Source: Aduncisulcus paluster | Taxonomy: Eukaryota | DNA: 33,091 nucleotides | Direction: 5' to 3' | Assembly (NCBI GenBank): GCA_024181965.1 | Contig: BQXS01010833.1 | Span: 1-33,091 of the forward strand | Part shown: one piece after another, positions 11,183 to 19,621 of the stretch | How positions within the stretch are numbered: the stretch's first letter is position 1 | Layout: each line of letters opens with the position of its first letter | Translations under genes and position numbers: made by a program | The notes under the pieces: model-generated | What the model was told of the DNA's origin: nothing | The model's input: only the letters and a program-made list of their open reading frames with translations | Databases searched by the model: none

Positions 11183-12550
11183 TTACTTCTTCTTCTTGTC
11201 AGCAACCTTGGTGACTTCACGGACGATACCAACAGCAACGGTACGACGCATATCACGGATAGCGAAACGACCGAGAGGAGGGTATTCAGCCATGGTCTCA
11301 ACACACATAGGCTTGGAAGGCTTGATGAGAACGAAGCAAGAGTCTCCCTTCTTAACAGCACAGGACTTGTTGCCCTCTCCAACCTCGTACTCCTCGGTAA
11401 CCTTACCAGTACGCTTGTCCATCTTCTTGAAGATCTGAACGAAACGGCAGGCAATGTGAGCAGTGTGGCAATCGAGAACGGGGGTGTAACCGGCGTGGAT
11501 CTCTCCAGGGTGGTTGAGGATGATACACTGAGCTTGGAAAGTCTCGGCACCCTTGGGGGCATCGTTCTTGGTGTCACCAACAACGTAACCTCTCTTGATC
11601 TCCTTAACGGAAACGTTCTTAACGTTGAAACCAACGTTGTCACCGGGGTTAGCGGCCTCGACCTGCTCGTGGTGCATCTCGACAGACTTAACATCAGTCT
11701 CAAGACCAGAAGGAGCGAAAACGATCTTCATGGCGGGCTTAAGGACACCAGACTCGACACGACCAACGGGAACGGTACCGATACCAGAGATCTTGTAGAC
11801 GTCCTGGATGGGAAGACGAAGAGGCTTGTCAGTGGGACGGGTGGGGGGCTTAACAGCGTTAAGAGCCTCGATCAAAATGGGACCCTTGTACCAGGGCATG
11901 TTGGCAGATCTCTCAATCATGTTGTCACCCATCCAACCGGAAATGGGGACGAAAGCGATGTTCTTGGGACGACCACCCTTGGCCTTGGGCTTCTTACAGT
12001 AACCAGTCTTGGCCAAGATACGGATCATCTCATCAACAATCTCGTTGTAACGAGCCTCACTGTATTTGACAGAAGGATCATCCATCTTGTTGAGACCAAC
12101 AATAAGTTGGTGAACACCAAGAGTGTAAGCAAGAGTAGCGTGCTCACGAGTCTGACCCTCAGCGGAGATACCAGCCTCGAACTCACCCTTACCAGCAGCA
12201 ACGATAAGGAGAGCAACATCGGCCTGAGAGGTACCAGTGATCATGTTCTTGATGAAATCTCTGTGTCCAGGGGCATCAATGATGGTGAATTGGAAGACAT
12301 CAGTCTCGAATTTCCAGAGGGCGATGTTGATGGTGATACCACGTTCACGCTCGGACTTCAGTTTGTCAAGAACCCAAGCGTACTTGAAAGAACCCTTACC
12401 GATAGCGGCGGCTTCCTTCTCGAACTTCTCGATTTCACGGGGGTCGATACCTCCACACTTGTAGATCAAGTGTCCGGTGGTGGTACTCTTACCAACATCA
12501 ACGTGACCAATAACAACTAAGTTAACATGGGGTTTCTCTTTAGGGGCCAT
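11183..12550 (-). CDS. EEF1A: Translation elongation factor 1-alpha, 455 aa
   Basis: [76 protein letters not shown]; strong codon bias; ATG at 12550. Confidence 0.99.
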   Translation of the reverse strand: MAPKEKPHVNLVVIGHVDVGKSTTTGHLIYKCGGIDPREIEKFEKEAAAIGKGSFKYAWVLDKLKSERERGITINIALWKFETDVFQFTIIDAPGHRDFIKNMITGTSQADVALLIVAAGKGEFEAGISAEGQTREHATLAYTLGVHQLIVGLNKMDDPSVKYSEARYNEIVDEMIRILAKTGYCKKPKAKGGRPKNIAFVPISGWMGDNMIERSANMPWYKGPILIEALNAVKPPTRPTDKPLRLPIQDVYKISGIGTVPVGRVESGVLKPAMKIVFAPSGLETDVKSVEMHHEQVEAANPGDNVGFNVKNVSVKEIKRGYVVGDTKNDAPKGAETFQAQCIILNHPGEIHAGYTPVLDCHTAHIACRFVQIFKKMDKRTGKVTEEYEVGEGNKSCAVKKGDSCFVLIKPSKPMCVETMAEYPPLGRFAIRDMRRTVAVGIVREVTKVADKKKK

Positions 12551-12717
12551 TACAACTCTTACGCGATCCAAAATCTTGAAGGTAGAATACTCATCAACGT
12601 TCCAAAAATATCCATCTTTCTCATGCTGAATAGTTATTCAAATGACAGAAGTTCAATAATCATAGAAATTATTTTGGGTTCAGACTTATTTTTTTTTCTT
12701 ATTAATATTCCTCTTTC

Positions 12718-12866
12718 ATCCTCTTTGTCGGGCGTCAATACGATTTTCCGCCGGTGGACTATCATGACTCCCGTCTGGCGCCGGCATGTGCTGAACTGTA
12801 CTACAGTCATAGTAGTACGATATTTTATTTTTATTCGAATTGGGTTTTAAATATATTGTAATCCAA
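12718..12866 (+). ncRNA. Candidate structured non-coding RNA between the divergent EF-1alpha and adenylate kinase genes
   Basis: GC-rich island in an AT-rich spacer with several complementary segments (12750-56/12779-85; 12758-69/12805-16; 12798-804/12812-18) whose G.U pairs favour the + strand; no convincing ORF. Confidence 0.3.
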
Positions 12867-12987
12867 ACTTCAGATCCTGTGATATCGATGTGAGGACTGA
12901 AAGTCATCATCATCAAAAATGATTTTTGTAATTAGTGTAATTCTTTGCGTGTTGGTGTATTCCAATTTTGAGAATCAATCAAAATAC

Positions 12988-14634
12988 ATGTTGTCATCGA
13001 AATTTGAGTCGTTTTTTACTAAAAATCATGAGATTGTAAGAGTGGATTCAAATGGTTTGGCCCAGATTGGATTTACCAAGTTTGCGCTTCAAGGAAGTGA
13101 AGTTCCAAGTCAGCTCCTTTTTTCTAGGATTCCAGAGTATGCTTTTAAGGACATTCCATTTTCTGAACTTTCTTTTTCGTCTGGTAATCACACTCGTTTC
13201 TCAATTCCTGTTTCAGGACACGTTACTAATGTGAACAAAGGTCTGAAAAAGAATCCAGACGCTATTTTGAAGAGGATGATTGGTGGATCTCTGGATTCAG
13301 CATTTCTTCTCTCCGTTCAATTAGAAGACAGGAGTGACTTGGAATCCTTAATGTCTCAGGAAGAGTATGATCATTTTATTTCTTCTGGTGAAGCCATTTC
13401 ACAATCCAAGAAACCCCTTCTCGATATTATTGATGAGACAAAAGGTTCATCCATTGATCATGGGTTGGCTATTGCTTCTCACACAGCGTCTCACGATGCT
13501 GCCCAAAGTATGTTTTCATCAGTTATTACTGATCTAGAGAAGGAACTTGGTCCAGAAAAGGTTCTTTTCCCCCGAGAAATTATTTGGCTTGGTGGGGCTC
13601 CTGGTGCTGGAAAAGGTACGAACACTCCATTTATCTCCAAAGCCCGTGACATCTCCGCAAAACCAATCGTGATGTCCGATTTATTCAAGACTCCAGAGAT
13701 GCGTCGTTTGATGGATCAGGGTTTGTTGATCAACGATGGAGTTGTCCTCCGTCTCCTCATGAAAGAGCTATTAAAACCTAAATATAGAGATGGTGTGATC
13801 GTTGATGGTTTCCCACGTACTGCCACTCAAGGTGCATGTGTTGAATGCCTCCACCGTTACATGACTGAACAAAAGATCAGATATGAGGATACAGACATGG
13901 CTTCTTCCTTCGCTCAGCCCTTGTTCCGTATCGTTGTTCTCTATGTTAGTGAACATGTTGCCGTCGAGAGACAGTTAGGACGTGGAAAGAAGCAACTTGC
14001 TCACAATAAGCGTGTCGAGGAGACAGGAATTGGAGAGATACAAAAAGTTCGCGCCACTGATCTCGAACCCGAGTTAGCAAAGAAACGTTATCGGGTGTTT
14101 GAAGAAGAAACCCAGGAAGCTTTGTCATGTTTCCGGGAATTGTTTGATTACCACGTGATTGATGCCAACAGACCCATTGATCAGGTTGAAAAGGCCATTG
14201 AGGAGGAATTTAAGTATCAATCTTCACTAGAACTTGATGCTATTACTTTCGACTCAATCAGAAATATTCCTAGGAGTGTTGATCTCACCCGTCATGCGAG
14301 ACAACGCCTCGTGCGTCGTCTCGACACTTACCAACGAGACTTTAAGGGTGTATTCTCAAAAGTTATTTCGGTTATTGAGAATGAAATAGTTCCTACACTT
14401 CAAATTCATGCATTCTCTGGATGCGCTCGTGTCCGTGTGCGTGATACTGTTCTTGCAAAAGATTTGGCCGTCCAGATGCTTGTTGACATCATGGCTGATC
14501 GAGGATTTGCTGTGAAAGTTGATCGGAGAACAGCTCGTGATCCATCTCGCGTCAATATTGAGAGTGGTACCATTATTACTGATTTTAGAGATGAGTATAT
14601 CATGGATATTGAGTGGGCTGCCCCAACCCTGTAA
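12988..14634 (+). CDS. Fusion protein, 548 aa: glycine-cleavage H-protein-like domain + adenylate kinase with C-terminal extension
   Basis: N-part follows the GcvH pattern (FTKNHEIVRV..AQIGFTKFA...PVSGHVTNVNKGLKKNPDAI...LESLMSQEEYDHFI); C-part has P-loop GGAPGAGKGT and VDGFPRT. Likely start at ATG 12988 (MLSSKF); an upstream in-frame ATG exists at 12919. Confidence 0.88.
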   Translation: MLSSKFESFFTKNHEIVRVDSNGLAQIGFTKFALQGSEVPSQLLFSRIPEYAFKDIPFSELSFSSGNHTRFSIPVSGHVTNVNKGLKKNPDAILKRMIGGSLDSAFLLSVQLEDRSDLESLMSQEEYDHFISSGEAISQSKKPLLDIIDETKGSSIDHGLAIASHTASHDAAQSMFSSVITDLEKELGPEKVLFPREIIWLGGAPGAGKGTNTPFISKARDISAKPIVMSDLFKTPEMRRLMDQGLLINDGVVLRLLMKELLKPKYRDGVIVDGFPRTATQGACVECLHRYMTEQKIRYEDTDMASSFAQPLFRIVVLYVSEHVAVERQLGRGKKQLAHNKRVEETGIGEIQKVRATDLEPELAKKRYRVFEEETQEALSCFRELFDYHVIDANRPIDQVEKAIEEEFKYQSSLELDAITFDSIRNIPRSVDLTRHARQRLVRRLDTYQRDFKGVFSKVISVIENEIVPTLQIHAFSGCARVRVRDTVLAKDLAVQMLVDIMADRGFAVKVDRRTARDPSRVNIESGTIITDFRDEYIMDIEWAAPTL

Positions 14635-14775
14635 AACTACTCTGTTATATACGTATCAAAAACAAATGTGTCATTGTGTTCATATGGATCTTAGATTAAA
14701 CTCTAATAAAACATATATATTATATATAAGATATTAATACGCATCTATTTCCTGATCATCCAATTTAGAATTATT

Positions 14776-15432
14776 CTATAATACATCATCTTTTGATATT
14801 TTCCAAGGCAAACTGGATAATCGATTAGACACAACCGACTCACAGTCTTCCGGCAAAGTAAAAACTAGTGAGCAGATCTGGAAACATCGACTATTATTTT
14901 CATCCAACTTTTCATGCTCGCCTGGGCGACCTCTCCATCTTCAATCTCGCACAATTCAATATTCATCAAATCAATAGGAAGGAAATACAATTCATTTTTA
15001 AATCCTGGGTTTTCCAATTAATATTTCTTGAATGTTTGCTATCCATCAGAATCAGTGACAGTGAAGAGAAGAGATCGAGAAGACTAGGTATAATGGGCTT
15101 GAATTACGTATTAAACAGATATACGCACCTTTCATTGTGGGAGATGAAGAGAAAGGAATGGAGATCATCTCCATATGATATGGGTAAATAGTCCAGGAAA
15201 GATTCCATTATTCTCTCCTTTCATCATCTTTTGAGGTTCAGAACTCTGATCGTACTTTTCACTTCCTTTTTGTTTGGTTTCATTTCTTCCTTTGATAGAA
15301 GGAAACTCTGGATTCATAATATTGAGGGAATCCCCCAGGAATTGGACAGCAATGGGGATTTCCTTTGCAAATAAACTCTGGTTTAATAATTTGAACAGCT
15401 GCTAATGATTTCATTTTGGCAAGCCTTGCCAT
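14776..15432 (-). pseudogene. Degraded single-domain copy of the repeat-domain family of gene 24503..25591
   Basis: Minus-strand translation across frames gives IIKPEFICKGNPHCCPIP/DSLNIMNPEF...YDQSSEPQKMMKG...FTHI/SIPFSSSPTMKGAYICL...LLFTVTDSDG*QTFKKY*L...YFLPIDLMNIELCEIE...FQICSLVFT; in-frame stops at 15039-41 and 15018-20, frameshifts near 15334 and 15170. Confidence 0.85.
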
Positions 15433-15925
15433 ATTGAATATGTAGAGGCAAGATCAAAATAAGATCTAACAACCATAAAAAAATATGATATTTAATGGAC
15501 GTAATATGTATTATTAAAATATAATATCAAACAAAACAAGTAAGCTTGAAAAGAGACGAAACGATCATGGAAGAGATTGAACATACAACAAAAGTATTAT
15601 GGAAGTATACCGGATCAAAATAGAAGAAAATCCCCAGCAAAATGTATGTTTTGGTATTGGAGAATACCGAGCTGTGACCAAAAACGAAGTCAGAGGGCTT
15701 AGCCTCCTCATGGGTTAAATACAGTTCAATTCATGTTATAAAACCAATATTGATAGGATTCAATCCATAAATTACAGAAGATTTTTTGTTTTATTTCGAA
15801 CCGGTGAATATATATTAAAAAAAAAAACAATTTTCCAATGACACTATCAGTGATAGAGAAATTTATTCGTAAGATATTGCCCGAATCACTTGAAGCATTC
15901 CAACAATGGAATAACGTAGTCATTC

Positions 15926-17662
15926 CTATTCTTCTTCAGATCGTATAATTTGTCCTCGTTTCAAAAGAGTATATAATTGAAGGATATCATGAGAATCAAA
16001 GCTATTTCCAGAAATGATCAATTCCTTGAGTTTCTTAAATTGCTGAAGGATCATCCGAATGTATATTATGGAATCTTCTGAGAACAGATTGTTGGACAAA
16101 TTGATAACTTTCAAACCGTTCACCCTTGAAAGAATCTCAAAGACATTTCTTCGAACACTCGTACGATTACCAAGAGCATTCCCAGAGAGGTCAAGAGTCT
16201 GAAGGCTTTGAAAGGATTCCCAATGGATGGAACTTAGATGAGACAAACACAAACCGAGTCCTTTGAAGTTAAGAGAAACAATATTGGGCATTTTCTTGAG
16301 TAAGGGGACCAAAATAGCAACAAACCGAGTCAAAATTGTGCGTGAAGGAGCAACAAAACCTTCAAAGGACACAGATTCCACACGATTCCATCCATTCTTC
16401 TCAACATGAGAGAGAAAACCTTTATATAGAACCATCTTATTCGAAGCTGACTCAGATTCAAAGAACTTCACAAATCTCCTCCGATCCCGTGACCAATCAT
16501 CCATCTTGACTTTCTTTGACTTTCTCATACTGGTTTTTTGTGGAGCATTCACAGTGGATGTTGTTTGTCTTCTTCGAGATGTTATCACAGAAGGCGACAT
16601 TATCAATGATCTTTGTTTCCCTTGCGTACCTTTCTCGTGCTTTTTCTGAGTTATTGGGACATCTGACTCTTTTCCTTCAGCCAACGATTCCAAATAGATA
16701 CACAAAGAATCTCTCTTCTTGCGAAGCTCTTCTCTTCTCTTCTTCTCTTCCTCTTTCCATTTAACTTTCAATTCATCATTCAGACTTGTCCACTTACCAA
16801 TTATAGCAGTCCTTCGTTTTCCACATATTTTCCCCTCTTCTTCTTCTTCTTCTTTCTCGTCTTCCTCATCTTTCCCATCTTTCTTGGCCCTGGTCAAAGC
16901 CTTTCTCCTTTCTCTCAAAAGGAACAATTTCAGTTCTTCTTCTGCCATCTTCTCTTCTGCGCCGCCATCGCCAAGCCATACCCAAGGATGTTTGCGATGA
17001 ACATGAAGAACCATGTCATCCACGCTCAGGCATTGGAAAGTGCATGTAACAACGGGGCACCGAATATGGGAAAAGTGTGGCGCGAAAGGGAAGAGAGGAG
17101 AGAGCAATGAGGAAGGAGTATGGAGAAAGGAAGAACATTGGGGACAAAACGAGGAAGAAAAAACAGGTTTAGAGTTGCTGAGAGAGGATTTATCAATACA
17201 ATCTCTGAAATATTGAGATGATTTTAAGACTCGACATTCGTCATGTCTCATTTCTCTCTCACGATCGCTAGAAATTGAGGAAGCATCAGCAACAACTTTG
17301 GGAGGGCAATGGACAATTCTAAAATGATTAACATTAAGACAGAGTAACATCCACATAAAAATGGGCACCGAATAATGAGGTAACCTTGGCATGGGTGAGG
17401 GGGCAGTCGGTGAAGTTTTCGATGAATCATCATTTCTAAAAATAGAATTTCTAAAAATAGTTCGGAATGGTACAATCAATCGTTTATCTGATGTATTTCC
17501 TTCAACACACAATGATACAGTGGGACTTCCGTCAAGAACACGTTGAGGAGAAATTGATTGAGATTTGTGAACTGGCAGTCTCTCACCAAATGGCATTGGA
17601 GTTGTCGAGTATATATATGGATTCGTACTTCCAGATATTCTTTGTTCAGAAGCAGAAGTCAT
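15926..17662 (-). CDS. Protein with C2H2-like zinc finger, coiled coil and C-terminal leucine-rich repeats (possibly 3' half of one gene with 17667..19340)
   Basis: CPVVTCTFQCLSVDDMVLHVHRKH; LRR consensus LQTLDLSGNAL, LKVINLSNNLF, LKELIISGNSF. ATG at 17662 lies 4 nt after the stop of the upstream ORF. Confidence 0.75.
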   Translation of the reverse strand: MTSASEQRISGSTNPYIYSTTPMPFGERLPVHKSQSISPQRVLDGSPTVSLCVEGNTSDKRLIVPFRTIFRNSIFRNDDSSKTSPTAPSPMPRLPHYSVPIFMWMLLCLNVNHFRIVHCPPKVVADASSISSDREREMRHDECRVLKSSQYFRDCIDKSSLSNSKPVFSSSFCPQCSSFLHTPSSLLSPLFPFAPHFSHIRCPVVTCTFQCLSVDDMVLHVHRKHPWVWLGDGGAEEKMAEEELKLFLLRERRKALTRAKKDGKDEEDEKEEEEEEGKICGKRRTAIIGKWTSLNDELKVKWKEEEKKRREELRKKRDSLCIYLESLAEGKESDVPITQKKHEKGTQGKQRSLIMSPSVITSRRRQTTSTVNAPQKTSMRKSKKVKMDDWSRDRRRFVKFFESESASNKMVLYKGFLSHVEKNGWNRVESVSFEGFVAPSRTILTRFVAILVPLLKKMPNIVSLNFKGLGLCLSHLSSIHWESFQSLQTLDLSGNALGNRTSVRRNVFEILSRVNGLKVINLSNNLFSEDSIIYIRMILQQFKKLKELIISGNSFDSHDILQLYTLLKRGQIIRSEEE

Positions 17663-17666
17663 TCCT

Positions 17667-17727
17667 TCAAGACCATTTAGCTGACATAGACGTCTTCTTC
17701 TCAAACGCTGTCTCCTCACAGGTTGAA

Positions 17728-17759
<32 letters not shown>

Positions 17760-19340
17760 AGAGGAAGACTCTTCATCATCTGGCGAAAAATCATCGGAAC
17801 CATCACTTTTTTCTTCCTCTTTCCCTTCCTTATCTCCATTTTTATCACCAACATGGGCAGTGGGGGATTTGGAAAGGTCATCACCTCGTCTAACATCACT
17901 CTCAGAGGACTCAGCTTCAATGTCATCAATGTTTGTCTTTCTATGTTCAATTTCTCGCTTTCTATCTGCATATTTCTTCAAGTATTCAATGATATTCGCT
18001 TCTTTTGAAAGGAATTGAGATCTTTTTCTTGAACGAACTTCACAAAGAAGGCTTTGAGAGTCTTTGTCTGAATGATTTTTAACATGTTGTCCTCCCGACA
18101 ACGAATTAATTTCCCCACTAGAAGCTCCTTTTAGATCCTTGGTAACTTTAACTTTAGCTTTTTGGGATAGTGATGGATATGACAGGCTCTTTCGAATGGT
18201 ATCTAATTTATCTCTCAAAGATGAATGCTCAAGGGAGAGTGCATCGATGTCCTCACTATCTAAACTCAATGTAATGAAAGGGAATACTTTCTCAAACGAA
18301 CTATTAATAACCTTTTCTGGAACATCACTCATCCATCCTCCACATATCCAACGATTTATGAACATTTGGACGTGTTCTTCGATGTGTAGTTGGAACGTAT
18401 ATAAAGAAGGGAGAGAAGGGAGAGGAAAAGACAATGAACAAATTGGACACACAATATAAGGCTCTGACGCATGGCCCAATGTGTGAACACTCTCATAGGA
18501 ATAGGATCTAACCACTTGGTGTGAAATGGAATGAAATAAATCTTGAGAAAGTGCAATGAATTGATACAGAGATTCGTTGAGATAAGACCCGGATAAATTC
18601 TCAGTTGAAGGCTTTTTATGCCGATTTAACTCATCAATAAACATGATACACGCGATATTATCACACATTCTTCGGATCTTTGCTGACCACACGGTGGTGA
18701 ATCGTTCAAAGTTAGAGGCAATATTGTGAGCAAGTGAAATAACACATGGAATATGAGCATTAATAAGATCAAAAGCTGGTTTATCAATATAAGAGCGAAC
18801 CATACTAAGCTGATGAGCCAATCTTTCGCCAATAAACTGTGTATTCCGAGTGTAGCTCAGTGGAATCTTTGTTTCTGCAAAATGAGGGAATGGATCATCA
18901 ACTGAAGTTTCATCCGCATCGTACCTCGAAGAGTCATTATCTATTTCGACTGTAGAATCTGAATAAGCGTTATATACGGGAATATTTGAAGGGGTAGCAA
19001 CCGGAGGAGATGAAGAGGAATATGTAGCACCTTTTTGCCTATGTTTACGCTTTTGACCCTTTTTCCTGACACGGCTATTCATAGGAGTCGGAGTGGAAAG
19101 CCTTGATAAATCAGATGAATCTAGAGATGGATCAATACGATAAATATCGTGAACAAGTTTTTCTTCAGGTAATAATAGGGAAGATGATATACATGATAAT
19201 ATTTGTTTTGTTTCCTCCTTTGAAACTAGAAAATAATACGAAAGTTTTTCCAATAAAGCATCAGAATAGATAACTCGCGGTGGAGCCTTTTTAGTCTTGG
19301 GTATAGTGATATCTGGAAGATGACTGAAACTTTTATCCAT
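17667..19340 (-). CDS. Hypothetical Ser-rich protein with a C2H2-like zinc finger (possibly 5' half of one gene with 15926..17662)
   Basis: 557-aa ORF; CPICSLSF...FQLHIEEH; acidic/poly-Ser tail; start uncertain. Confidence 0.72.
17725..17766. repeat. (GAA)n/(TTC)n microsatellite encoding poly-Ser on the minus strand
   Basis: About 14 GAA/GAG triplets; similar tracts encode poly-Glu or poly-Ser in MSH5 (e.g. near 8865-8892, 7504-7536) and the cullin. Confidence 0.9.
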
Positions 19341-19621
19341 AAAATATGATATAACAATATGGATATGTCTTCAAAACTAGTGTATACAGACGAATCTTTT
19401 TTATAATTCGAATAATTGCTCATTATTCAAACAAATAATGAAGATGGGATATCAAAGTGACTGGTTGGTTTTTTTATTGTATTTAAATTATTATATTTAC
19501 TTGGATCACGGTAATAGTGGAAGCCACCAATCGAATCCAAATCCACGAGTAAAACAGAACAAATACAGGATTTCGTCAAATGAAATATTATTTTCTTATA
19601 CAAATAATAAATAATATTGTT

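Noticed and set aside
11165-12520. 451-aa ORF antisense to EF-1alpha
   Set aside because: Codon-aligned shadow ORF expected from strong codon bias (avoidance of TTA/CTA/TCA); non-ATG start and no motif.
12725-12752. Resemblance of minus-strand GGAAAAT...TGACGCCCGA to U12 snRNA
   Set aside because: The branch-point-pairing GUAAGGA and the partner stem strand are missing.
12716-12916. 66-aa minus-strand ORF (and 12527..12850 plus-strand ORF)
   Set aside because: Cross AT-rich spacer sequence, lack coding-like composition and motifs.
15018-15041. In-frame TAA/TAG as evidence for the hexamitid-type TAR=Gln code
   Set aside because: They align with Glu and Lys in the paralog, co-occur with frameshifts, and conserved genes here (AspRS, EF-1alpha, RPS28, Sec61alpha) end in TAA.
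14868-15191. 107-aa plus-strand ORF
   Set aside because: Antisense shadow of the minus-strand pseudogene; GTG start.
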